DNA of 64,000 bases from a virus, in the UHGV virus genome UHGV-0213393, one strand, 5' to 3'. Positions 1 to 8,887 of this stretch are shown here, in pieces. The position numbers and the translations under genes are program-made. The notes under the pieces are model-generated. The model had not been told where the DNA came from. It did no database searches and saw only the letters and a list, made by a program, of their open reading frames with translations. Numbering within the stretch: position 1 is the first letter of the stretch; every line of letters begins with the position of its first letter.

Positions 1-327
1 TTGGGAGTTTGTTCATTGAGCAGAAAACACCACGTAAATCTGACGTTTGCTGATGACGCCGGAAGAACCAGAAGCATAACCATGAAAGTTGCTTCCAGGA
101 AAGTAACCGCGCCACTTATACGAGAGGCCGTAAGTGAACTTGATATGAGTGAGAATGCAGCTCTGTTATCGGTAAGCTGGCTGGGGAAAATGACGGATCA
201 GGAATACTCGGATGGTATACCCCACGGTGAGCGGCAGATAGTAAAGCGCGCGTTTAGAATTTCAGAGGTAGTTGTCGTACTGATAGCTTTGATTTATATG
301 GCATACATGCTACTCCAACACGTCTAA
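1..327 (+). CDS. hypothetical protein, 5' partial, hydrophobic C-terminal anchor
   Basis: ORF open from window edge; C-terminal VVVVLIALIYMAYMLL segment; followed by terminator hairpin. Confidence 0.4.
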   Translation: MGVCSLSRKHHVNLTFADDAGRTRSITMKVASRKVTAPLIREAVSELDMSENAALLSVSWLGKMTDQEYSDGIPHGERQIVKRAFRISEVVVVLIALIYMAYMLLQHV

Positions 328-335
328 ACGGTCAT

Positions 336-360
336 AAACCCGCCAGTTGGCGGGTTTTTT
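336..360 (+). terminator. rho-independent terminator
   Basis: aaacccgcc-agtt-ggcgggtttttt hairpin plus T-run. Confidence 0.7.
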
Positions 361-398
361 GTTGCCTGAGTCTTTTTATTGAAATTGCATACTAATAA

Positions 399-419
399 AA
401 TGTGTTAGAAAACTAATTT
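399..419. promoter_or_regulatory. operator-like motif copy (TGTTAGAAAA core)
   Basis: atgtgttagaaaactaattt about 20 bp upstream of the 437 ORF. Confidence 0.5.
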
Positions 420-436
420 CAAGGAAGGGAACAAAC

Positions 437-1645
437 ATGAGTCAGCAAGTAGAATCATCAAGCCTGGAGATCATCTCAACCGCAATTGAAACGCTGCGGA
501 CACAAATCGCGCTTATACAGAAACGAAATCCGGGCGATGACCTGTCAAAGCGACTGCATGAGAGCGTCATTGCCACTACAGATAACCTGGTGGCGGAAAT
601 CAACCAGCTCCTTGATGATGGGGCAGTTGATTACAATAAGCTGGTGGATCAGTTTGAGGAATATCAGCAAGCCGTTAATGATGGCTTGATCCGTTTTTCT
701 CAAGTCACTGGTGTATCAGCGACAGTTGAAAGCCTGGGGGATGCAGTTAATCAATTTGCCGCGAATATGCGTAATGAGATCGGCAATCTGGAGGCGCGTC
801 TTGAGCAGGCAAATACACTGCGCAAATCTGCTGAAGTCGATTTGAGTCGTTACAAAAAAGACTATCCGCCAAGCCTGACAAAACGACTGGATGTTGCGGA
901 GAAAGATAACCGCACGCTGAAAAGAGAGCGTCGCGAACTAAAAGAGCGTTTAACCAAGCTAAATCAGCAATGCGTTGAGTATCAAGGCGAACTCGTCACA
1001 CTGCGTAAAAAGTTAGCAGCGGCGCAGAGCATTATTGAAACATTGAAACGAGAGTGTTCAGAGCTTGGTCATGATCTGAATCGCGCCTGTGGCATGGGGC
1101 AAAGGCCAGAGACATTCCCGCTAATGTATGACGGAAGAGAAGCTATTGCCTATATCCATGAGTTTCCGCATGGTCTGGTCGCGGAGACTGGGCAACGTGG
1201 CGAAGCGTTGCTGACGGCAAATTACCATCAGCAAATCAGAACCAGCCGCCTGCTGACGATGGATGTGATCCCATCAGTATGGGGAACGCCGCTTTACTAC
1301 CGAATTCCTGGCTTCGAAACTGACTGGAATACCGACATAGACGAATGTCTGGCAGATAAAATTATGGCGTACCTTGAAACGGATTTTCCACGCTTGCATC
1401 GCCGGATTATGGACTCTAAGGATGCACCGATCGACGAATTGAAAATGCGTCCAGAGACGTTGGAGGCAATCAAGCAGACTGAGTTTGATACAGTGTTCAG
1501 TGTGGCCTGCATTCCAAGCAGCTTTCATGAAAGCATTCCGTTCATGCAGGGCGATCGCCGTCAGGAAATAATTGATGCTTGCCGGGTATGGGCGAACGAG
1601 TGGGATAAGAAGAACGGTGGAGTTGAAAATCTTTACGGGAAATAA
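437..1645 (+). CDS. hypothetical coiled-coil protein
   Basis: 402-aa ORF with RBS aaggaaggga; heptad-rich charged central region; no recognised catalytic motif. Confidence 0.6.
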   Translation: MSQQVESSSLEIISTAIETLRTQIALIQKRNPGDDLSKRLHESVIATTDNLVAEINQLLDDGAVDYNKLVDQFEEYQQAVNDGLIRFSQVTGVSATVESLGDAVNQFAANMRNEIGNLEARLEQANTLRKSAEVDLSRYKKDYPPSLTKRLDVAEKDNRTLKRERRELKERLTKLNQQCVEYQGELVTLRKKLAAAQSIIETLKRECSELGHDLNRACGMGQRPETFPLMYDGREAIAYIHEFPHGLVAETGQRGEALLTANYHQQIRTSRLLTMDVIPSVWGTPLYYRIPGFETDWNTDIDECLADKIMAYLETDFPRLHRRIMDSKDAPIDELKMRPETLEAIKQTEFDTVFSVACIPSSFHESIPFMQGDRRQEIIDACRVWANEWDKKNGGVENLYGK

Positions 1646-1679
1646 TGTGTTAGAAAATTAAAATTGTCTTTCTAACATA
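1646..1679. promoter_or_regulatory. operator-like inverted pair (TGTTAGAAAAT-N9-CTTTCTAACA)
   Basis: tgttagaaaat ... tctttctaaca inverted repeat directly after the 437..1645 stop. Confidence 0.55.
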
Positions 1680-1794
1680 TTGATTATAGGGTTAACTTAA
1701 CATAGAATTTTTCGTGCTGGTGGGGAGCTTCCCATGTCGCTTGCGGGTTTGATAGTCACTTCATTGTCTTTCCCCACCAGCATCAAACAAATTT

Positions 1795-1815
1795 AAGTGT
1801 TAGAAAGTAAATTTT
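1795..1815. promoter_or_regulatory. operator-like motif copy
   Basis: aagtgttagaaagtaaatttt. Confidence 0.4.
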
Positions 1816-2505
1816 AAGGTAAGGGAAAGCTCCGGCACCGTGCAAATACATGCCCGGCAGGTTTAGTGCGTAAAGTGGTTTCAGCGAGAGCATTTTACGG
1901 AGTAAACGACAGTGACTTGAGCCACGGAAGGTCTTTTTAAGGTGTTCATTGATGATGATCTGGCAGTGAGTATGTTAAGTGGGCCAGGCTGCATCGGGTC
2001 ATCATCAGTGAACATCCTCAACGTTAAGGAGGCGCAGAGTTGGGTTTTCCTCTTATTTTGCTGACTCTGAGTCTCCTTAACGTTGCGGTAATGCACCTAT
2101 GCGGATGTGGCCTTGCATTGTGTTTTGAAAGAATGGGGGTAAGGCCGGGGATATCCCCAGGGGGAGGCACCCCCGCTGCAACGAACAGCCATAGACGGCA
2201 GTCGAGTGATGAAAACGTGAAAAGACTTTAAACCTCGTTACGGCTGGCGTGGCAAACGCGACAACCGGGATAGGACGGTGACGGGCGGAGAGAGAGCCGC
2301 TTCAAGATAAAAGCCGACTATGGATTCCTTTCTGCGGGCCTTTGAAAGTGAATCTTGCTCAGGCAGTCGGCTTTTATGTTGATACGTAGCGATAACCGCG
2401 ACAGGCGCGGCGGTAAGTATGGCGGGGTTATTCCTTCCCCGTTGAGGACACCGAGTTGCCAGGTTGACCATACGCCTAAGTGGCAATACCGCGAGTGGGA
2501 TATTT

Positions 2506-2530
2506 GCCCACCTTCGGGTGGGTGTTTTTT
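2506..2530 (+). terminator. rho-independent terminator
   Basis: gcccacc-ttcg-ggtgggtg followed by tttttt; closes an ORF-poor structured region. Confidence 0.7.
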
Positions 2531-2991
2531 CAGTGTTTTCGTCATGGTTAGCGACTTTGCGGCGGTTTAGAAACTGACCATTAAAGTAAATGCAAACGAT
2601 GATCTGATGATGGTAGCGGCCTAAGAAGCCTGACGCCACGGGGTATGAGTCGTCCCCCGTCAAAAAATCGACCGCAGAGTGTCCCCGTCTGTGTATTAGG
2701 GAACGGGGAGGCATAACAGGCAAGGGCGCTGGTGTGATTAACCAGATGAATGAGAAGGGTCAGGTCTTTCTGGTCAGCGCCCTTACCTGTTACGTCCTTC
2801 CCGCGTAACAGCCATTGGTTAATGGCTTTCTGGAATAATGTCTTGTAACGGGTATATCCCGTCATGCTGAAGGCGCTAATCACGCTGGAAGCCAGGGTTA
2901 TGCATCCCCTGTTACCGAATTGCAGCCAGGGCGCGGTGCGCCGAAAAGCATACGGAGGTGGAAGCCCTCGCCGGAGACGTACCCGGCAAGT

Positions 2992-3066
2992 GATGGTGTA
3001 GCTCAGCGGTAGAGCAGTTGGCTGTTAACCAACTGGTCGGTGGTTCGAATCCACCCACCATCGCCA
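2992..3066 (+). tRNA. tRNA-Asn (anticodon GTT)
   Basis: Hand-folded cloverleaf: acceptor gatggtg/caccatc, anticodon loop ctGTTaa, T-arm ggtggttcgaatccacc, 3' CCA encoded. Confidence 0.85.
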
Positions 3067-3071
3067 ATTTA

Positions 3072-3158
3072 GGGGAGTTAGTCCGTAGAGGTAGCGGTGT
3101 AGACTGTAAATCTACTGTCATTGCGACTCGGGTGGTTCGACTCCATCACTCCCCACCA
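3072..3158 (+). tRNA. tRNA-Tyr (anticodon GTA), long variable arm
   Basis: acceptor ggggagt/actcccc, anticodon loop ctGTAaa, extra arm, T-loop ggttcgactcc, CCA encoded; D-arm not fully canonical by eye. Confidence 0.65.
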
Positions 3159-3162
3159 AATT

Positions 3163-3238
3163 GCCGGTTTAGCTCAGTTGGTAGAGCAGTCGCTTTGTAA
3201 GCGAATGGTCAGCGGTTCGATCCCGTTAACCGGCACCA
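3163..3238 (+). tRNA. tRNA-Thr (anticodon TGT)
   Basis: acceptor gccggtt/aaccggc, D-arm gctcagttggtagagc, anticodon loop ttTGTaa, T-loop ggttcgatcc, CCA encoded. Confidence 0.85.
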
Positions 3239-3479
3239 ACACAACAGGTAAGAGCATTTGTAGAGTTCGACTCTCTACCGTGGGCTTTTTCCCGCGATGC
3301 GAGCCATAAATGCTCTTTCCGTTGTGGTGAATGCGCGTTGCTGGCGCGCAAGTCCGCCCTATGGCAACGAGGCGGCGTAGTAAATATCGATGCCTCAGTC
3401 ATCAAGCGCACTGACCGGCCTTATGGGCTATGAAAAAAAGAGGCGCAGTCGGAGATCAGTACCGACCACCACAATCACT

Positions 3480-3566
3480 GGAGAGTAGGGAGCATGGTGC
3501 TCAAGCGGTCTTGAAAACCGTCCCGTCGCGCAAGCGATGATGGTTCGATTCCATTACTCTCCGCCA
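3480..3566 (+). tRNA. tRNA-Ser (anticodon TGA), long variable arm
   Basis: acceptor ggagagt/actctcc, anticodon loop ctTGAaa, long extra arm, T-loop ggttcgattcc, CCA encoded. Confidence 0.65.
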
Positions 3567-3995
3567 TCGCAACGTTAAGAGTATTTGGCTAATTAAGCGA
3601 ATGCCGGAAGCAGAACCGGATCACCAAATGCGTACAGGCGTCATCGCCGCCCAGTCAGCCAAATGCTCTTACCATTGCGGTGAATGCGGCTAAGCGCACG
3701 CGGAACAGTTAAAACAGTAAAGGTGGTCTTTTTACTGGCGTAACGAGAATCCATAAGTGATCCGGCGTTAATTGTTAACTGGTTAACGTCACCGGGAGGC
3801 ACCCGGCACCGCAACCTAACAGCAATGGCGTTTTGTCTTAAAAGGTGGCTGCAAGTGATGGATTTTTGGGCGTTTGCCGATAAAAACCCGGAGTGGACAT
3901 TATTGTTTCTGCTGGTGGTTGCATACGGGGTAGAGCAAGCGGCAAAAGCCTTACGCGGTTCTGGCAAAAAGCGTAAGCGTAATTAACAGTAATCT

Positions 3996-4071
3996 GGCCC
4001 TTTAGCTCAGTGGTTAGAGCGGGCGACTCATAATCGCACGGTCACCGGTTCAAGTCCGGTAGGGGCCACCA
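3996..4071 (+). tRNA. tRNA with CAT anticodon (Met, or Ile if lysidine-modified)
   Basis: acceptor ggccctt/aggggcc, D-arm gctcagtggttagagc, anticodon loop ctCATaa, T-loop ggttcaagtcc, CCA encoded. Confidence 0.8.
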
Positions 4072-4525
4072 CATTTGGTTGTAACACGGCGTATGGCACA
4101 TGCGTCGTTAGCGGTCTGGTGTAGCTGTTAGGTGCCTTACTAACACTGCATGGGCACATCAGGTAGCCGGAATGTGCAAGTCACCGTTGGTAGGATAGCG
4201 GACTCAGGGACTCACCATCCTGGCGATTCGGTGTGACAGCCGGAATAGCACGGCGTACAACAGGAAAAGGTGTTTAATTAATACGAGCGCCTTCTCCGTT
4301 GTGGTAATTGCGGCTATGCGCTCGTGACGAAGCCATTTTCATTCACTACGTTCTGATAAGTGTCGTCGCCGGGCGTGGCTAACCTGGCAGGTGGAGGCAC
4401 CACCGCCACAACTCCTTTCAATTCATCATATAGCCGCTCAGGCTGTAACCCTTAATTAATACGAAGTTACGACGTCACTACCGGTTCAGCCGGGGGATAG
4501 TCGCGCGTGTAAAAAAGGAGACGTT

Positions 4526-5101
4526 ATGTTAACGGCGAACGATAACGCGTATTCAGAAGATGATCTCGTTTTGAGTGACTTTATAGGGCGACGAGAATGC
4601 TGGACGCAAAAGCGCGAGGAGCTTTATGCAGCGTTAGTTCGTAAAGGCGTCAACATCGAAACCGCACAGAACGGTGATATGACAGTGGTAAGTGTTGGAC
4701 TGCACGGCGTAAGTGTGTCAGCAATCAATCACGAGCCGTACATTGCGTTATCCGAGTCGATGGTAAGGTTAGTTAAGTTCCTGAAGTACACAGAAGCGAA
4801 TAACGTGCTCATCGCCAAAAAGAACATCCCGTTCTCATCGGCCTTTTACTGGATGATGAAGGGGCTTGATGCCCGGCGAACATCATGGCCTAAAGGGAGC
4901 TATATATCGATGCTCCGTGGCAGTGTTGGTAGCAAAGAAAAGCTCGTCGAATTCCTGCCGGAAGAGGCATTCGATATTGTTGAAGGTTGTGATGTGATGG
5001 TTATGCCTCGCCTGGTAATGATGAATGGGGATTTACAGGCGCAGACAGACTGGTTTGCAACTGGTGTTGATATTATCGCTACTGACTGGGAGGTTTTTTG
5101 A
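4526..5101 (+). CDS. hypothetical protein
   Basis: 191-aa ORF with RBS aaggag; stop overlaps next start (ATGA). Confidence 0.55.
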   Translation: MLTANDNAYSEDDLVLSDFIGRRECWTQKREELYAALVRKGVNIETAQNGDMTVVSVGLHGVSVSAINHEPYIALSESMVRLVKFLKYTEANNVLIAKKNIPFSSAFYWMMKGLDARRTSWPKGSYISMLRGSVGSKEKLVEFLPEEAFDIVEGCDVMVMPRLVMMNGDLQAQTDWFATGVDIIATDWEVF

Positions 5102-5481
5102 TGTACGAGGCTACTAAATTACGCATTGAGGATGCGATGCACATTGGTTGGGACATCATCACCTGCAAGATAACATCATGCAAGGCTACACGCACAGACG
5201 CCGGACACAAGAGCACAATATCAGGTTATGTCGTGATGTCAGTCAGGAGTGTGCGCATACGCTTCAGATGGAAAGCCTGCCAGGTTACATCATCAATGCC
5301 GCTTACCGTCGAGCAGGATTACTTATGCTTACCCGAAATAGACGGAGCGTTGCTGGTGGGCAATAGTGGTCGAAAAGCCGATTTTGAAGCCAGTCTGAAG
5401 ATGGCGCAGGCGGTGATCAACAAACATAAAGGGAAGTGGGAGGCAAAAGTTAAGCATGTTGTTCGTTTATCCCGCTGGTAG
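5098..5481 (+). CDS. hypothetical protein
   Basis: 127-aa ORF translationally coupled to upstream gene. Confidence 0.5.
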   Translation: MMYEATKLRIEDAMHIGWDIITCKITSCKATRTDAGHKSTISGYVVMSVRSVRIRFRWKACQVTSSMPLTVEQDYLCLPEIDGALLVGNSGRKADFEASLKMAQAVINKHKGKWEAKVKHVVRLSRW

Positions 5482-5496
5482 CGTTAGTAAATTAAT

Positions 5497-5514
5497 ATTA
5501 ATTTTCTAATACAT
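5497..5514. promoter_or_regulatory. operator-like motif variant (ATTTTCTAATA)
   Basis: taattttctaatacat between ORFs. Confidence 0.35.
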
Positions 5515-5588
5515 CATGTTTTTGACAGTCTTCTCAGTATTAACAAGCTGATTATCATCCCCTCGGTCTTTTTCTATCCGGGGGATAA

Positions 5589-5981
5589 ATGGAGCAAATC
5601 AGTAGCGCCGAAATAGCGGATATCATGATCAGGGCTGACTGCTATCTGACGGTCACCGAAATCACCAGCCGTGCAAAAGCACAATATCCTCACCTTCATG
5701 TGTCGCGCGTAAACGTAAATAACATCATACGTTTTTTTGTTCGTTCCAGTCGTGCCATTTGCGAAATAGACGACCGCGTATACCCCCGGAAATATTGGTT
5801 ACATGGCCTGAATGGATACCAGTTCAAGGTGCGCGGGCGCACTCCTGAATTCGGTCGGCTGTTGGTGAAAAACACCAACCGAAAGATAGAAGCTCAATTA
5901 CGAAAGGAGCAGCGTCAGTTGGTGGCGATGACTAACCAGCTATGGAACGCCGCTGTGAAAAAACGTGAGGCTTCCCTATGA
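5589..5981 (+). CDS. hypothetical protein
   Basis: 130-aa ORF; overlaps start of downstream terminase small-subunit candidate. Confidence 0.5.
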   Translation: MEQISSAEIADIMIRADCYLTVTEITSRAKAQYPHLHVSRVNVNNIIRFFVRSSRAICEIDDRVYPRKYWLHGLNGYQFKVRGRTPEFGRLLVKNTNRKIEAQLRKEQRQLVAMTNQLWNAAVKKREASL

Positions 5982-7342
5982 CGTTAATTAACTGGGAGGC
6001 GCATCGAGCTAAGTTCCTGGAGTTAAGAGAAGAAACCGGGATCACCATAAAAGAATATTGCGAGCAGCATGACCTCAGCTTTAACACCGCCAGAAAGCAT
6101 CTCAATATGAAAAAAAATGAGGTTAAGGCGAAAGCTAAGGCTGCCGGGAAAAGTACAAAACAGCGCGCAAAAAGCAGCGCCACCGGCTCAAAAAAAGAGC
6201 AAAAAAAGGCTGATAAAAGCACAGAATTTACAAAAACTGACAAATCGTTAGCTGGTGGACAGTTCCGCGCCATGCCGCAAAAACAAAATGCGGATCACAA
6301 AGAAAAACCAAGTAATAACAACAGGATACACAAGGATGTGAAGGGATCATTTTGTGATGAAATGGGAGAAATGATCCCTAAAAGCAGCGAAAAAGCCCAA
6401 CGAAACAAGGGATCATTGCAAATGATCCCTGACTCATCAGCTCAAAGCGCCACTTTGCCTGCCACCAACGTCGCCCGTGAGATGATGAAGAACGGCGCGA
6501 CTGAACATTTACGACTTGCGATACAGATGGCGCAGGAACGAGCAATTCAGTATCAGGCCATCGTTGACCAGGAAGCGGAGCGACTACAGGAAGAGATTGA
6601 CGCCCTCGGCGATACACAGCCAGAGGGGATGCACCCAGGGCAGCGTCTTCTCGGCCTAATAAGCGATGCGGCCTACTACATGAATGACTTTATCAGTAGG
6701 TTGGCAGCCATCTACCAGACCGAGCAGAAGCTACGCCAGGGGGATGAAAAACTTGCGCAGGGCGCGCGTCAGCAGGCATTCAGGGAGGCTGAGGCCAGAG
6801 AAAAACTGGCGATTGCCCGCCTGCAGGCCGAGCAGCGTGGCAAGGAGATTGAGTATCGCATTGGCGCTGACGCACGCGCCGCCAGGGTTATCGCCGCCGC
6901 TATACGTATGCGTGAGCGCGAGGAGCTGGACGATATAGGCGTAGCTGAATATATCGAGCGGCAGGGCGTCAGTGTCCCAGCTATCCTGGCGGCACGAGCG
7001 GCAAAAGCGATCTCACTTCTGGAGCCTCCGGTTTCTGACGTTAACGATGTTGATGATGAGCAACTGGATAAAGAGGCGAAGCAGTTTGCCGAGCAACAAG
7101 CTGGACTCCCACAATGGCTTGCACAACGCCGGGCTGAAGTAGCGAAAATCGTTGATAGGCTTGGGATGGGGGATTACGACCGGAACGGAGAACGTAAAGC
7201 CGGTGAATTTGAGGCCAATGATGAAGACCTGAATATAGACCCTTCCGCCACGGCTGATATCTACGGTGATTATGACGCGGGGGATACCGGTTTTGATGCT
7301 GTAGATGACGAGATTGTGATAGACCAGCCGGAGGATGACTAA
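5978..7342 (+). CDS. putative terminase small subunit (PacA-like)
   Basis: Immediately upstream of and coupled to the ATPase terminase gene; N-terminal HTH-like region, K-rich linker, acidic C-terminus; contains internal GATC cluster. Confidence 0.45.
   Translation: MTLINWEAHRAKFLELREETGITIKEYCEQHDLSFNTARKHLNMKKNEVKAKAKAAGKSTKQRAKSSATGSKKEQKKADKSTEFTKTDKSLAGGQFRAMPQKQNADHKEKPSNNNRIHKDVKGSFCDEMGEMIPKSSEKAQRNKGSLQMIPDSSAQSATLPATNVAREMMKNGATEHLRLAIQMAQERAIQYQAIVDQEAERLQEEIDALGDTQPEGMHPGQRLLGLISDAAYYMNDFISRLAAIYQTEQKLRQGDEKLAQGARQQAFREAEAREKLAIARLQAEQRGKEIEYRIGADARAARVIAAAIRMREREELDDIGVAEYIERQGVSVPAILAARAAKAISLLEPPVSDVNDVDDEQLDKEAKQFAEQQAGLPQWLAQRRAEVAKIVDRLGMGDYDRNGERKAGEFEANDEDLNIDPSATADIYGDYDAGDTGFDAVDDEIVIDQPEDD
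6333..6430. promoter_or_regulatory. candidate pac site (clustered GATC inverted pairs)
   Basis: Four GATC as gggatcatt / aatgatccc pairs at 6345, 6373, 6411 and 6424 inside the small-terminase gene. Confidence 0.45.
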
Positions 7343-8850
7343 TGGCTGGTGGTCGTAAGATTAAGTGCGTCACCAGTGATCCACGTTGGCGCGATATGGT
7401 TATCAGGTATCGATACAACTTTACCCAGGCGGTTGTCGATATTTTTGGGATGTTCCCCTCCCATCAGCAGCAGCAGATCATTCAGTCAGTGCAGGAGACG
7501 GGGAGCAGGACGACCGTTACGTCCGGACACGGAACGGGTAAGTCATCCCTTACCGCGATGTTGCTACTAATTTTTATGATCCTGTTCCCCGACGCCCGCG
7601 TCATTATTGTTGCGAACAAAATAGGCCAGGTAAAAACAGGCGTATTCAAATACGTGAAACAGTTTTGGGCGAATGCTGTTAAGCGCCACGGCTGGTTACA
7701 GACCTATTTTGTCCTGTCTGACACCATGTTTTATGAGCGTTCCCGTAAAGGGATATGGGAAGTGCTCTGTAAAGGTTATCGACTCGGTAACGAAGAGGCA
7801 CTGGCGGGGGAGCACGCGGAGCATTTACTGCTAATCCTTGATGAAGCATCGGGCATATCCGATAAGGCGATTAACGTCATGACGGGGGCGTTAACGCAGA
7901 AAGATAACCGTATGCTCATGCTTTCCCAGCCTACGCGTCCAAGCGGTTACTTTTATGAATCCCACCATTCAAGGGCAAAGGCAGAAGGCAATCCGGAAGG
8001 AGTCTGGACGGCAATAGTCCTTAACTCTGAAGAATCTCCATTCGTTGAACCGAGCTTTATTCGTGAGAAATTGCTGGAGTACGGCGGCAGGGATTCGCTG
8101 GAGTACATGGTTAAGGTGCTGGGCCAGTTCCCGCGTGCAATTAACGGGTATTTGCTTGGTCGTGATGAGTGCGACCGCGCCGCACGGCGTAAAGTGTTGC
8201 TGGAGAAAGATTGGGGCTGGGTAGCGACCGCTGACGTCGGTAATGGTCGCGACAAATCGGTGCTCAATATATGCAAAGTATCCGGTTATCGTGAGAAACG
8301 ACGCGTTGTGAACTTTAAGATACTGGAGATGCCAGGCACTATGGACCCGTTGGCTTTTGCCGACTTTATCTATAACGAATGCACTCCTGATAAATACCCG
8401 AACATCACCATTGCTGTGGATGCTGATGGCTTTGGTTCAGATACGTGTGCGCAGCTTGTCCGCCGTGGTGCTAATCCCGTTCGCATCCGTTGGGGTAAGC
8501 CTATGTTTGCGCTAAGAGACAGAGAACGCTTTGTCAATCAGCGTGCTTACGCCAATATTATGGCAGGGGATGCCATTAAATCAGGGCGTATGCGTATCGA
8601 TAGTGACCCCAAAACCGCAGATCAGGCATCAAAAATCCCGTATATGCTTAACGAAGAAGGGAAGGTAGCGATGATGCGCAAGGAGCACATGCGGCAGAAG
8701 TTAAACATCAAGTCGCCGGACAGATGGGATACCTACTGCTTCACTATGCTGGTGGATTACGTGCCTGCTAATGAAGACATTGGCGCAGAACTCGCAACAT
8801 TCCGCGATCAGGTGTTGGCAGAAGTGGATATTCCTGATATTGACATTTAA
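7342..8850 (+). CDS. terminase large subunit (PacB-like)
   Basis: P-loop GHGTGKSS and Walker B LLILDEASG in N-terminal half; about 500 aa; coupled to upstream small-subunit candidate. Confidence 0.7.
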   Translation: MAGGRKIKCVTSDPRWRDMVIRYRYNFTQAVVDIFGMFPSHQQQQIIQSVQETGSRTTVTSGHGTGKSSLTAMLLLIFMILFPDARVIIVANKIGQVKTGVFKYVKQFWANAVKRHGWLQTYFVLSDTMFYERSRKGIWEVLCKGYRLGNEEALAGEHAEHLLLILDEASGISDKAINVMTGALTQKDNRMLMLSQPTRPSGYFYESHHSRAKAEGNPEGVWTAIVLNSEESPFVEPSFIREKLLEYGGRDSLEYMVKVLGQFPRAINGYLLGRDECDRAARRKVLLEKDWGWVATADVGNGRDKSVLNICKVSGYREKRRVVNFKILEMPGTMDPLAFADFIYNECTPDKYPNITIAVDADGFGSDTCAQLVRRGANPVRIRWGKPMFALRDRERFVNQRAYANIMAGDAIKSGRMRIDSDPKTADQASKIPYMLNEEGKVAMMRKEHMRQKLNIKSPDRWDTYCFTMLVDYVPANEDIGAELATFRDQVLAEVDIPDIDI

Positions 8851-8853
8851 AAG

Positions 8854-8873
8854 CCCCGGCGATTCGGGGCTTG
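8854..8873. terminator. bidirectional terminator hairpin
   Basis: gccccg-gcgatt-cggggc with T-run on minus strand, between convergent genes. Confidence 0.55.
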
Positions 8874-8887
8874 TGGGTGGTTTGCGA

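Noticed and set aside
2230-2530. tmRNA or RNase P RNA as identity of the structured RNA-like region
   Set aside because: No match to the conserved tRNA-like end of tmRNA or conserved RNase P regions that I can recall; left as unassigned structured RNA
2238-3411. Multiple 60-160-aa ORFs on both strands (2238-2723, 2581-2883, 2912-3121, 3018-3200, 3121-3309, 3226-3411)
   Set aside because: They overlap hand-folded tRNA genes or the structured ORF-poor region, overlap one another in different frames, and lack ribosome-binding sites, so they were treated as non-coding
7342-8850. Helicase as alternative call for the P-loop protein
   Set aside because: Single P-loop/Walker B pair in the N-terminal half, about 500 aa, and coupling to an upstream small DNA-binding-like gene containing a GATC cluster fit terminase better than a helicase with its additional motifs
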